DNA from: an uncultured Verrucomicrobiae bacterium | GTDB lineage: Bacteria > Verrucomicrobiota > Verrucomicrobiia > Limisphaerales > Palsa-1400 | DNA length: 64,000 nucleotides | Assembly: GCA_963702845.1 (NCBI GenBank) | Contig: OY969763.1 | Coordinates: 5,024,001 to 5,088,000 of the forward strand | Direction of reading: 5' to 3' | Position numbers and translations under genes: made by a program | The notes under the pieces: model-generated | What the model was told of the DNA's origin: nothing | The model's database searches: none | What the model saw: only the letters and a program-made list of their open reading frames with translations | Shown: one piece after another, positions 20,118 to 29,970 of the stretch | How the letters are laid out: each line of letters opens with the position of its first letter | How positions within the stretch are numbered: position 1 is the first letter of the stretch

Positions 20118-20564
20118 GTGACTTTTCGTTTTCTGAAGTTTTGGTTACCAGTGGTTATCTGGATATTGGTAATTTTTACCGCATCAACCAACGTTGGGAC
20201 GCCGCAACATTCGTCGCGGTTCCTGCGACCATTGCTGCAAATTTTCAAACCTGACCTGAGCGAGGAGCAGTTTGAGAAAATTCATTATGCGGTGCGGAAG
20301 ACCGGACATTTCGTCGAATACGCGATTCTAGCGGCGTTGTTATGGCGCGCGTTGAAGACGGAACGGTGGTTCACCAATCTGATTCCGGGTGCACAATTTG
20401 TCGCTGTGTTGTTGCTGTGCGCTTTCTATGCCTCGACGGATGAGTTCCACCAGCGCTTTGTCAAAGGGCGCGAGCCATCGGTGCATGATGTGGTGCTGGA
20501 TTCCAGCGGCGCGGCCGTCGGACTGGTTGTTTACGGTTTAATGACACGAAAAAAGCGAAGGTGA
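20118..20564 (+). CDS. VanZ family membrane protein
   Basis: RKTGHFVEYAIL and YASTDEFHQRFVKGR..SVHDV..D; GTG start at 20118. Confidence 0.88.
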   Translation: MTFRFLKFWLPVVIWILVIFTASTNVGTPQHSSRFLRPLLQIFKPDLSEEQFEKIHYAVRKTGHFVEYAILAALLWRALKTERWFTNLIPGAQFVAVLLLCAFYASTDEFHQRFVKGREPSVHDVVLDSSGAAVGLVVYGLMTRKKRR

Positions 20565-20565
20565 T

Positions 20566-22980
20566 ATGGGACGTCCGCTGCTCAGTGTAGCGGTGTTTTA
20601 TACGACGGGAATTCTCGTTGGGGAATTCTTGAGGGCGCCTTTGCTCGGGTTATTACTTGCGGCCGGCGTCGCAGCAGTTGGCGGGTTGGGGTGGCGGCGT
20701 GCGCGGCCAATATTTTTTGCGACTTTGTTCCTGCTTCTCGGATTGGCGAATACAACGTGGCGGACTTCCATTACTTCCCCTGCTGACTTGCGCGTCTTGA
20801 TCGGTGAAAAAACGGAGATGGTGAGCATCCGAGGCAAGTTGTTCGCCGCTCCTGCGGAACATATTTTTGAACGGCATCACGAAGAACAAATGCGAACGGT
20901 CGCTTACGTCGATGTGTCGTCGCTGGCGCACGGGACGAATTGGCAGGTCGCTAACGGGCAAGTCATCGTGATGACTCCGGGGGTGTTGGCGGATCATTTT
21001 TACAACGGACAAAATGTGCAGGTTAGTGGAGTGATCCTGCCGCCGAGCGGTCCGTTTGCAGATGGGTTGTTCGATTCAAAATCTTTCCTGAAGCGCAAAG
21101 GTATTTACTACCAACTTCGCGTGGCTTCTACGAATGATTGGCAGGTTGCAGGAGTTTCTGCGCCACAGCCGTTATCAGATCGATTTTTTGATTACGCGAA
21201 AAAGACGCTCGCGCTCGGTTTGCCCGTAGAAGATTTGCCGCTGCGATTGACGTGGACGCTGGTGTTGGATTGGAAAGCGCCAATGACGTCGACGGTGGAG
21301 GAACCCTTCGTCCGTGCCGGGACATTTCACATCTTTGCAGTCGATGGTCTGAGAATCGGCCTGATTACGATGATGTTCATCACACTGCTACAAGTGTTGC
21401 AGGTGCCGCGTCGATGGGCAGGCGTGCTGGCGGTTGTCGGAATTTGGTTTTATGTGGGCGTCACCGGGTTTCCTGCGTCAGCGATTCGTGCGGCGATTAT
21501 GGCGACGGTCGTTATTGGCGGATGGATTCTCAAACGGCCGAGCGACTTGATGAATTCGCTGTTTGCGGCGGCGTTGATCATTTTAATTTGGGACCCACAA
21601 CAATTGTTTCAGCCAGGATTCCAACTTTCGTTTTTGGTGGTGCTCTGCATTTTGCTGATCCTGCCGATCATTCACGAGTGGATGAAGAAGCCGTTTGCGC
21701 CAGACCCTTTTCTACCGCGGCAAATTTCGTCACAACAATTCTGGCATGGCGATTGGATTGCGTATCCGCGCACGTTTCTGATCGATAGTTTTGCAATCTC
21801 TCTTGCGGCCTGGCTCGGGTCGATTCCGTTGGCGGCATATTACTTTCACGTGTTCAACATCGTGAGCACGCCGGCCAATTGGGTGGTCGTGCCGCTGACG
21901 GCGTTGGCGTTGATCAGTAGTTTGGCAAGTTTGCTGATCGGTTGGTGTTTGCCGGGAACGGCTGCGCTCTTCAATCACGCGACTTGGGGACTGATGAAGT
22001 GCATCATCGTCATTAGCGATTACGCAGTCCACTGGCGACCAGCAGCGCTCAACGTTTCCGCGCCGACATTGCTGACGACGCTTTGGTATTATGCGGTGCT
22101 GCTCGCGTTGCTCACCGGTTGGATTTTTCGGACGAAACATAAACGGCTCGTCGTTGTTTCGCTCTCGTGTCTTACGGTCGCATGCTTTGTGCAATGGCTC
22201 ACGCCATCGCCGACGAAACTGCATGTGCTGCCGTTGGGTGGCGGTCAATGCGTGCTGGTCGATTCGGGCGGAGTAAAAACAGATTTGCTTGTCGACTCGG
22301 GCGATGAACAGAACGTGGAGCGGATTACGAAACCATTTTTGCAGGCGCAGGGTGTCAATTGGATTGATAGTTGTTGTTTGAGCGTGGCGCATGTAAGCGC
22401 GATGGGTGGGGTGGAAATTGTGCAGACGAATTTCTCTGTTAATCGCTTCGTGACGAGCGCGACAAAGAATCGGGCGATCGTCTACAAGAAAGTCGTTGCG
22501 GATTTGGATCAATTGCCAGAGGCGCGCAGGACTGTGAAAGCGGGAGATCAAATGTCTCGTTGGAATGTTTTGCATCCGGATGCTGACCAATTTTCGCGGG
22601 GGGACGACAATGCGGTGGTGTTGCAACGCACGATTGGCAAGACGTGCGTAATCCTCTTATCGACACTCGGGCGCGCTGGTCAGATTGCGCTGGCTGAGCG
22701 GCAACCAGACTTGCGCGCTGATATTGTGATTGCCGGGTTGCCCGCTAACGAAGAGCCGTTGTGCGGGCCGTTGCTAGATGTGCTGCGGCCTAAGCTCATC
22801 ATCATCGTTGATTCGGATTTTCCCGCGACGCGACGTGCGCCCGAAAAATTGCGAATGCGATTGGCGAATTCGAAGGCGCGGGTGATTTATTGCCGCGACG
22901 CGGGTGCGCTGACGTTTGCATTTAAATCGAACAGTTGGAAAGTAACGGACGCAAACGGGACTGTGCTCGAAACAAATTAA
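20566..22980 (+). CDS. comEC: ComEC/Rec2 family protein with degenerate MBL domain
   Basis: OB-like region, G.FD...L...GI, competence domain (AGTFHIFAV, ASAIRAAIM, PQQLFQPGFQLSF), C-terminal MBL-fold remnant. Confidence 0.88.
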   Translation: MGRPLLSVAVFYTTGILVGEFLRAPLLGLLLAAGVAAVGGLGWRRARPIFFATLFLLLGLANTTWRTSITSPADLRVLIGEKTEMVSIRGKLFAAPAEHIFERHHEEQMRTVAYVDVSSLAHGTNWQVANGQVIVMTPGVLADHFYNGQNVQVSGVILPPSGPFADGLFDSKSFLKRKGIYYQLRVASTNDWQVAGVSAPQPLSDRFFDYAKKTLALGLPVEDLPLRLTWTLVLDWKAPMTSTVEEPFVRAGTFHIFAVDGLRIGLITMMFITLLQVLQVPRRWAGVLAVVGIWFYVGVTGFPASAIRAAIMATVVIGGWILKRPSDLMNSLFAAALIILIWDPQQLFQPGFQLSFLVVLCILLILPIIHEWMKKPFAPDPFLPRQISSQQFWHGDWIAYPRTFLIDSFAISLAAWLGSIPLAAYYFHVFNIVSTPANWVVVPLTALALISSLASLLIGWCLPGTAALFNHATWGLMKCIIVISDYAVHWRPAALNVSAPTLLTTLWYYAVLLALLTGWIFRTKHKRLVVVSLSCLTVACFVQWLTPSPTKLHVLPLGGGQCVLVDSGGVKTDLLVDSGDEQNVERITKPFLQAQGVNWIDSCCLSVAHVSAMGGVEIVQTNFSVNRFVTSATKNRAIVYKKVVADLDQLPEARRTVKAGDQMSRWNVLHPDADQFSRGDDNAVVLQRTIGKTCVILLSTLGRAGQIALAERQPDLRADIVIAGLPANEEPLCGPLLDVLRPKLIIIVDSDFPATRRAPEKLRMRLANSKARVIYCRDAGALTFAFKSNSWKVTDANGTVLETN

Positions 22981-24327
22981 TTAAGCAGCGACGGTTTTAG
23001 CCTTCTCTCCATCGGCCAGTGACACTTCCACAGGAGCGCGCTCGAAATCGTTGGCTTGCATGAGCAGCTGCTCTTTCAAGCCGCCGAGGGGCGCGATGAA
23101 TTTGTCGGGAATGATTTGCAGGCGCGTGTTGTAGTAGGTGGCGATTTCGTTGAAGTAACCACGGGCGAGCGCGATGCGCTGCTCGGTGTCGATGAGGTTC
23201 TGTTGCAGATTTAGGAACGATTGCTGTGCGGTCAGTTCGGGATAACGTTCGACAATCGCGATTAGAGTTTTGCTGGTGGCCTGGTAATCGGGGCCGGGGT
23301 GGCCGGGCGGCGTGGCGCCGAGCTGCGAGCGCAAGGTGGCAAGTTCGGTTTGAAGATTGCGTTCGTAATCGCGAAGGCCTTCGACGGTTTGGACGAGATT
23401 GGGAATGAGATCGTGACGGCGTTTGAGTTGCACGTCGACTTGCGACCAGCCTTGGCGAACGCGTTGGCGTAAATCGATCAAGGAATTGAAAACCATCCAA
23501 ACCCAACAACCGGCGGCGATGCCAAAATAAACAACACCAGTCATTACGAGAACAACGGGATTTGCCTGGCCAAACTGCAGGTAACCCAAAGCGTATGCGC
23601 CGACGAGAGAGAGAACGAATCCAAAAATGCCCCAACCCCATTCGCCCCAACCGAAGCTGCCACTGATTTGTTCTTCGGAACGGGTGGAAATCAAAAACAT
23701 CGGTGCATTTTTGTCGGCGGCGATTTCGGCAGCGACCATGTCCTCGCGTTCGCGCGCCTGGCCGATGACGTAAAGCGGCACGTGCAAAAAAATAGCTTGT
23801 TCGGTGAAACGGCGGCGGAAATCGGAATCGCTCACCGCGCCAGCTGGGCCTTTGCCATAATACAAGCCGCTAAGCGGGCCGCAGGTTTCGTCGAAGGTGG
23901 TTTGCGGCTCGATCTTCGCGTCGTCAGGAATCACGCGAACCACGCCGCAATCGTCCTTCAAATAAAACGCCTGCGTGTCGCTGCCGTTGGCGACGGTGGT
24001 CCAGCCGCTTTCGTGGCGGGTGCGGGTTTGGGTGCGACCTTCGTTGTCGGTGTAGGTTTCGGTGACGGTGCGCGACCAATGCTCTTCGACCGACCACGAA
24101 TAACAAACGCACGGTTGCTCGGCGAGGTAGCTGGTGAGAGGCGCTTCGGATTCGGCAGTGCCTTTGACTTCAACAAGCCCGATGAAGACACCGGTCGTTT
24201 TTGAAGTCGGCAAATCGTTGACCAAACGCTTGCAGCGGGCGGCGCGGATTGCGGCCCACAAACAGGCGAGCGCACCCACAAAGCCAATCCATGGGACGAG
24301 CGGCAGCCATTCGGGACCATTGGTCAT
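22981..24327 (-). CDS. LemA family protein fused to an N-terminal GIDE-like domain
   Basis: FNSL..LR..V...WSQVDVQLKRRHDLIPNLV, ERYPEL, TEQRIALAR; N-terminal PTSKT..VFIGLVEVKG. Confidence 0.85.
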   Translation of the reverse strand: MTNGPEWLPLVPWIGFVGALACLWAAIRAARCKRLVNDLPTSKTTGVFIGLVEVKGTAESEAPLTSYLAEQPCVCYSWSVEEHWSRTVTETYTDNEGRTQTRTRHESGWTTVANGSDTQAFYLKDDCGVVRVIPDDAKIEPQTTFDETCGPLSGLYYGKGPAGAVSDSDFRRRFTEQAIFLHVPLYVIGQAREREDMVAAEIAADKNAPMFLISTRSEEQISGSFGWGEWGWGIFGFVLSLVGAYALGYLQFGQANPVVLVMTGVVYFGIAAGCWVWMVFNSLIDLRQRVRQGWSQVDVQLKRRHDLIPNLVQTVEGLRDYERNLQTELATLRSQLGATPPGHPGPDYQATSKTLIAIVERYPELTAQQSFLNLQQNLIDTEQRIALARGYFNEIATYYNTRLQIIPDKFIAPLGGLKEQLLMQANDFERAPVEVSLADGEKAKTVAA

Positions 24328-24362
24328 ATCACGATGTTGTGTGAAGCGAGCTGAGTTGTGAA

Positions 24363-26867
24363 TTACAAAGCGGGCGCGGTTTTGGAATTCGCGAAGAAGT
24401 TTTTCACTTCCGCCACAGGATCTTTCACTACCAACTCCAACGCGGAATCATTGAACCAGTCGCGCGGCATGTGTGCGGCGTAAGGCTCTTGCACGAATCG
24501 CTGGCAGAGCAACGCGATCACGCCGCGATCTGTTTCGCTGCGGATTAAACGTCCGGCGGCCTGAACGACGCGGGTCATGCCCGGTTGCAAGTAGGCGTAT
24601 TCGAAACCGGCTTGCTCAGTTTCCTCAAAGTAGCAGCGCAAGAGTTCGCGTTCGAAGGAGATTTGCGGCAGACCCGGTGAAACGATGAAAACGCCGGACA
24701 GGAGTTCGCCGGGATAATCGACGCCTTCGGCATACATCCCGCCGAGCACTGCGAGCAGAAGATTCCCGGTGCCATTGCGGGTCGAAAGAATTTTAAAAAT
24801 TTCTTCGCGTTCTTTTTCGGAAAAGTCCGAGCGTTGCGCGAGCACGCGACTGCGCGTTGCGGGCAAACGTTCGTGGACCTTTTGCAAAAATGTGTAGCTC
24901 GGAAAAAGCGTGAGGACGTTGCCATTCTGCGCATCGGCCATTTGGGCGATGAGTTGGGAAATGCGACCGAAATTTTGTTCGCGCGCGGCGAAGGTGGTCC
25001 GCACTTGAGGCAGAATCATGATACGACGGTTCTCTTTGGGAAACGGCGGCGGCAGCGAAATGGCCGATGTGCGTTCTTTTTCCAACCCAAGCGTGCGTCG
25101 CACCACTTCCACCGGTGACAGAGTGGCGGATAGAAGCACGCTCGCAGAAACCGACTGAAACACCGGGCCGAGCGCGCGGGCTGGATCGAGGCAAACAATC
25201 GCGAGCCGTACACCCGCGGGCCGACGCTCAACAACGCACGAGAAACCCGGGCCGAACAGTGCTAGGACGGTGATGAATCGTTGCAGCGCGAAATGTGCTT
25301 CAACCAACGGATCGTCGGGCATCGCGAGTTTCTGTTCACGTTTCCATGACAGGTAGCGAACGAAGCGGCCTTCCCAGTTTCGCCATAGCACTTTGAGTGC
25401 GTCTCTCGGCGGTTGCGTTTCGGCGATCGATGTTTTTTCCGGCAGCAATTCCGCGCAGGTTTGTAACATCTCGCATGCTTCGTTAAACGACTCCGACAAA
25501 CCATCGACGAGATCCTCCGCAATTTCGGTCGAGTCGGTCGGCGTCAGCGACCACAGGTCCGGTTCGGCCTGCTGCCGCTTTTTCTTTTTTTTATGAGTGC
25601 GCAGGGTGGAGAGCCATTCGATGACATTACGGAACTGTTCCTCGAGAAGTTCGGGCGAAAAAATCTTTCGACCGCGATCAGGCAAGTTGTGGGCTTCGTC
25701 GATCAGCAGAACGGCTTGGTCCAAATCATCGCGACTGAGATGGCGCAAAGCCGTGCCGGGTTCAAAGACGTAATTATAATCGGCAACGACCGCATCGGCG
25801 CGGGCGGCCAGTTCGAGTTGAACTTCAAACGGGCAGACCTTCTCGCGTTTGGCTTCGGCAAAGACAATGTCTGGGTCGTAGTGCGCGTTTTCCTGACGAA
25901 GATGGTCGAGGATGCGGGACTTGTTCATCTTCTCGGCGTAGCCCTTCGCGTAAGGACAAAAGTCTTCGTGGCAAAGCACGCGGTCGTTGGCGCACATCTT
26001 TTCCTTGGCGCGCAATTGCACGGTGCGAAAAGCACCGCTCTCGTTCATGGCGCGAAATGCGGACACGGCCATTTTCTGCTGAAGGGTTTTGGACGTGAGG
26101 AAGACGACTTGTTTGCCGGTGATGAGACCGTGCGCGAGTGCGGGGTAAATTCCGGCGGCGGTTTTCCCAGAACCGGTGGGAGCTTCGGCCATGAGATGAC
26201 CGCCGGTCTCCATGGTCTCTCGAACGGCAGCGATGATGCGCTGCTGCCCGGGACGTGGGTTTTGGTGAGGGAACGGTAACGAACGCGCGGCGGTGGCTTT
26301 TAACTCGCGTTGCTTTGCTTCCTCGCGCCAGATGGCAAGCAGCGCCTGCAAGCGACGTTGCACCAATTTTTCTTCAACGGCGCTGTCGTATGTGAGCGAG
26401 ATGGGATGCTCGCGGTCGCTGACCAAATCGACATAAACTAACGAACCTTCGACTGGTTTGTTCCCGAGCAGTTGCCAGAGATGGCAATAAATCAGCAATT
26501 GCCGTCGGTGCTTTTCACTGCCGGTGGCCGAACGGCGCAGATCGTCGACAGCGAGATAACCGGATTTAAATTCTTCGATGAGCCAAGCGCCGGACTCGAG
26601 TTGGATGCAGCCATCAAGCCGACCCGTGACGTGCGCGGTCCAATCTTCAACGGCGATCTTTGCCTGGAGGAAAACTTCGCTGCGATAACCGGGTTTGGTC
26701 GCGATGCGTTGAGCCAGAACCCGGCTGTGTAATTCCGCGCCGAGGCCGAGGCGGTTCCAGCCTTCACCTTGCGCGAAGCCGATGCGCGGAAATGCTTCCT
26801 CTTCGGCTAACTCGCGGACGGAAACCTCGAAAATCTTGTTGGCTGGATCAAATTTCAACCGCGCCAA
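24363..26867 (-). CDS. DinG/Rad3-type Fe-S DNA helicase with N-terminal PD-(D/E)xK nuclease-like domain
   Basis: GRLDG..IEEFKS, QL.IY; EAPTGSGKT; four Cys; IDEAHNL; LSATL; QAAGRLIRSETDRG. Confidence 0.9.
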   Translation of the reverse strand: MARLKFDPANKIFEVSVRELAEEEAFPRIGFAQGEGWNRLGLGAELHSRVLAQRIATKPGYRSEVFLQAKIAVEDWTAHVTGRLDGCIQLESGAWLIEEFKSGYLAVDDLRRSATGSEKHRRQLLIYCHLWQLLGNKPVEGSLVYVDLVSDREHPISLTYDSAVEEKLVQRRLQALLAIWREEAKQRELKATAARSLPFPHQNPRPGQQRIIAAVRETMETGGHLMAEAPTGSGKTAAGIYPALAHGLITGKQVVFLTSKTLQQKMAVSAFRAMNESGAFRTVQLRAKEKMCANDRVLCHEDFCPYAKGYAEKMNKSRILDHLRQENAHYDPDIVFAEAKREKVCPFEVQLELAARADAVVADYNYVFEPGTALRHLSRDDLDQAVLLIDEAHNLPDRGRKIFSPELLEEQFRNVIEWLSTLRTHKKKKKRQQAEPDLWSLTPTDSTEIAEDLVDGLSESFNEACEMLQTCAELLPEKTSIAETQPPRDALKVLWRNWEGRFVRYLSWKREQKLAMPDDPLVEAHFALQRFITVLALFGPGFSCVVERRPAGVRLAIVCLDPARALGPVFQSVSASVLLSATLSPVEVVRRTLGLEKERTSAISLPPPFPKENRRIMILPQVRTTFAAREQNFGRISQLIAQMADAQNGNVLTLFPSYTFLQKVHERLPATRSRVLAQRSDFSEKEREEIFKILSTRNGTGNLLLAVLGGMYAEGVDYPGELLSGVFIVSPGLPQISFERELLRCYFEETEQAGFEYAYLQPGMTRVVQAAGRLIRSETDRGVIALLCQRFVQEPYAAHMPRDWFNDSALELVVKDPVAEVKNFFANSKTAPAL

Positions 26868-26904
26868 TTATAACCGATTGAGCGACGGCGTGATATTTTT
26901 TTCC

Positions 26905-27198
26905 CTACTTTACGTTGAGCCTACTTGCGACTTCAGCGACTGACATGTCCGCAACGAAAATCAATTTATGCCGCGAAGTTTTTCCTTTCGCCACTTGAAC
27001 ATTGCTTTTTGCACAGCCGAGTGTGTCGGCCAGCAGTTTAATTACTGCTTCGTTGGCGGCAGCGTCCACAGGCGGCGCAGTGACTTTGATTTTCAACTCG
27101 TCGCCTGACGCTGGACCGATTTCGTTCTTTGAAGCCCGCGGCTGGACTTTGATTGCAATGTAAGTCCCGGCCGGATTTGGCTTCAGAAACGCGCTCAT
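26905..27198 (-). CDS. DUF167 (YggU-like) protein
   Basis: VQPRASKN..LKIKVTAPPVD.AAN..G.TSRHK. Confidence 0.92.
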   Translation of the reverse strand: MSAFLKPNPAGTYIAIKVQPRASKNEIGPASGDELKIKVTAPPVDAAANEAVIKLLADTLGCAKSNVQVAKGKTSRHKLIFVADMSVAEVASRLNVK

Positions 27199-28379
27199 TA
27201 ACTTTGGCTTAAGCGCTTCTTGGGCTCTTCGAACATCATCTCGTGCGCTTCACGGAGGACACCGGGGATGCGTTCAGCAAACGGGTTCCTGGCACACGCG
27301 CGGATAACTTTTTTGTCATCGAACGCCGTCGCATTTTGGCCGGGGAACCAGTGGTCGGCCTGGCCGAGGAGGTTGTAGCGCATCTTGCCCCATGTCACCA
27401 GGTCGAGCGATTTCGCATACGTCCAGAGACGCAAAATTTCCGAAACGTTGATGTCGCCAGGAATGTCGAAGTGTTCGGGCAACCCTTCGTGCCAGCGCGC
27501 GCACCAATCGGCGCCGAGCACGAATTTCATTTGGTCACGTAAACGTTTTTCAATCGGCGCAATCGTCTGGGGAATGTTATCGTAATACTCGAGCGCGGCA
27601 ATGTGCTCGTCGAAATCGGACGGCTTGGACGCGCCACAACTCAGGGTGTGAACCTCCGACCGCGCGAGACAAAAGAGGTCATTGAACTGCATCGGCGACA
27701 GCGGCGCGCACAGGTCGACCAAAGTTTGGGGCGGTTCGTAAAGTTTTCCGCCTTTGTCGTTCGGGCTGATGATGAACACGCCCATGTCGCGCTCAGTCGC
27801 GGCTTTGACCGCCGGCCAATTCAGGTGATTGACGAAATACCAATGAAGATTGATGTAATCGAACTCGTCGCTTTCGATGGCCTGACAAATCACGTCAGTG
27901 GTCGCATGCGTGGAAAAGCCGATGTGTCGAACGCGTCCTTCTTTTTGCAACTGGCGCGCGACTTCGAGACAGCCGCCCTGCTTCAACGTCCAATCGAGCA
28001 ATTCACGATTGTTGATACCGTGAATGCCGAGCAGGTCCACGTAATCGAGCTTCAGGTATTTGAACGATTGCTCGAACGTTTCGAGAAATTCTTTGGCCGT
28101 CGCTTTTGGGCTGACTTTGGTTTGAACAATAATTTTCTCGCGCGGCAATTTCGGCAGCACGTTGCCAAGTTGCATTTCCGACGTGCCGTAGCCACGAGCG
28201 GTTTCGATGTGATTGATGCCGAGTTCGATTGCGCGGTGAATGGTCGCTTCGAGGTTCGCCTGGTTGTCGGCGGGAATCTCACTGGGCACGACATCCTGCC
28301 ATTTATACTGGTAACGCATCCCCCCGCAACTGATGACGGGCATCTGCAATTCAGTCCTCCCAAATCTGCGATAGCGCAT
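27198..28379 (-). CDS. Aldo/keto reductase
   Basis: [43 protein letters not shown]; start at ATG 28379. Confidence 0.9.
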   Translation of the reverse strand: MRYRRFGRTELQMPVISCGGMRYQYKWQDVVPSEIPADNQANLEATIHRAIELGINHIETARGYGTSEMQLGNVLPKLPREKIIVQTKVSPKATAKEFLETFEQSFKYLKLDYVDLLGIHGINNRELLDWTLKQGGCLEVARQLQKEGRVRHIGFSTHATTDVICQAIESDEFDYINLHWYFVNHLNWPAVKAATERDMGVFIISPNDKGGKLYEPPQTLVDLCAPLSPMQFNDLFCLARSEVHTLSCGASKPSDFDEHIAALEYYDNIPQTIAPIEKRLRDQMKFVLGADWCARWHEGLPEHFDIPGDINVSEILRLWTYAKSLDLVTWGKMRYNLLGQADHWFPGQNATAFDDKKVIRACARNPFAERIPGVLREAHEMMFEEPKKRLSQS

Positions 28380-28410
28380 AATCGGGGATTGTGCATACAA
28401 TTGACCTCCC

Positions 28411-29403
28411 ATGAAAGCCAAAGAAAACTCGGCCAGCAAATGGATCAATTTCCGGCCTGAAATCAAAGTGCTTGATTGCACCATTCGCGACGGCGGGTTG
28501 ATGAACAACCATCATTTCACCGACGAATGCGTCAAAGCCGTTTACACCGCGTGCGTCGATGCCGGCATCGATTACATGGAGCTTGGCTACAAGGCGTCGC
28601 GCAAGGTCATTACGCCCGGCGAGCATGGCAAATGGAAATACTGCGTCGAAGACGAAATGCGGAAAGTCATCGGCGATCACGATTCGGGCAAACTAAAACT
28701 CTCCGTCATGGCCGACGCCGAACGTTGCGATTACCACGAAGATATTCTTCCGCAAAAGGACAGTATTTTCAGCATGATCCGTGTGGCGACCTATATTAAT
28801 CAGATTCCTGCCGCGCTCGACATGGTCAAAGACGCACACGACAAAGGTTACGAAACCACGCTCAATTTGATGGCCGCATCGATTGTGCCCGAACGTGAAT
28901 TGAACGAAGGCCTGGAGCTGATGGCAAATTCAGAAACCAAAGCCGTCTATGTGGTAGACAGCTTCGGTGCGCTCTACCGCGAGCAAGTCGATTTCATGAT
29001 GGAGAAATACCTGGCTTATTGTAAGCCCAAGAAAGTCGAAGTGGGCATGCACGCGCACAACAATCTCCAACTCGCCTACGCCAATACCATCGAAGCCATC
29101 ATCAAAGGCGCGAATATGCTCGACGCCACCATGGCCGGCCTCGGTCGCGGCGCTGGCAATTGTCCGATGGAGCTGCTGCTCGGTTTCCTGCACAACCCGA
29201 AATACAAACTGCGTCCGGTCTTAAAATGCGTTCAGGAAACAATCGAGCCGTTGCGCGCAAAACTCGGCTGGGGTTTCGACCTGCCTTATATGATGACCGG
29301 TTTGCTGAACCAGCATCCGCGCGCAGCCATGAAAGCCAAAGCGAATGGGTCGCAAGCGGACATTCTTGAATTTTACGACGCGTTGGTGGACGAGAATGCT
29401 TAG
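28411..29403 (+). CDS. DRE-TIM metallolyase (4-hydroxy-2-oxovalerate aldolase-like, HMGL-like fold)
   Basis: [33 protein letters not shown]. Confidence 0.85.
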   Translation: MKAKENSASKWINFRPEIKVLDCTIRDGGLMNNHHFTDECVKAVYTACVDAGIDYMELGYKASRKVITPGEHGKWKYCVEDEMRKVIGDHDSGKLKLSVMADAERCDYHEDILPQKDSIFSMIRVATYINQIPAALDMVKDAHDKGYETTLNLMAASIVPERELNEGLELMANSETKAVYVVDSFGALYREQVDFMMEKYLAYCKPKKVEVGMHAHNNLQLAYANTIEAIIKGANMLDATMAGLGRGAGNCPMELLLGFLHNPKYKLRPVLKCVQETIEPLRAKLGWGFDLPYMMTGLLNQHPRAAMKAKANGSQADILEFYDALVDENA

Positions 29404-29482
29404 GCGTCGGCGAATGCGGCTTTCATAGGTCAGAAAAAGTTGCCCGACTGATCGGTTGATCAGAGTCAACCCTTGGCATGTT

Positions 29483-29526
29483 AGAGGTAATTACCTCTTG
29501 CCAATCCGGGGAGTGATTTTTAAGTT
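29483..29526 (+). promoter_or_regulatory. Perfect 16-bp palindrome plus sigma70-like leaderless promoter of nuoA
   Basis: AGAGGTAATTACCTCT (29483-29498); TTGCCA-N17-TAAGTT-N7-ATG. Confidence 0.65.
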
Positions 29527-29533
29527 GCTAGCG

Positions 29534-29920
29534 ATGGAAAGTTCGCAATTGGAACAATACATACCGGTGGGTATCCTGGCGATTTTCGCGCTGCTCTTTG
29601 CCGGCGGGACGCTCGTGGCTTCGGTGATTTTCGGCAAGCTCGGTCGTCGCAGCAAAATCAAAGATTCCGCTTATGAATGCGGCATGTTGCCCATCGGCGA
29701 AGGTAACTCGCGCTTGTCGGTGAAGTTCTACCTCGTGGCGATGCTCTTCATCCTTTTCGATATCGAAGTCGTTTTCCTTTATCCCTGGGCGGTCGTTTAC
29801 AAAGACATGCTTAAGAACAATGCCGGGTTGATTTTCGGTTCGATGATGTCGTTCCTGGTAATTTTGTTTGTGGGTTACATCTACGCGCTAAAGAAACACG
29901 CGTTTGATTGGAAAGAATAA
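29534..29920 (+). CDS. nuoA: NADH-quinone oxidoreductase subunit A (stand-alone)
   Basis: K.SAYECG, FYLVAMLFILFDIEVVFLYPWAV, terminal W. Confidence 0.93.
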   Translation: MESSQLEQYIPVGILAIFALLFAGGTLVASVIFGKLGRRSKIKDSAYECGMLPIGEGNSRLSVKFYLVAMLFILFDIEVVFLYPWAVVYKDMLKNNAGLIFGSMMSFLVILFVGYIYALKKHAFDWKE

Positions 29921-29970
29921 TGCAGTTTACGCAGGTCGGTTGATCGGTTGTCCCCCCAACTCATCCTTCT

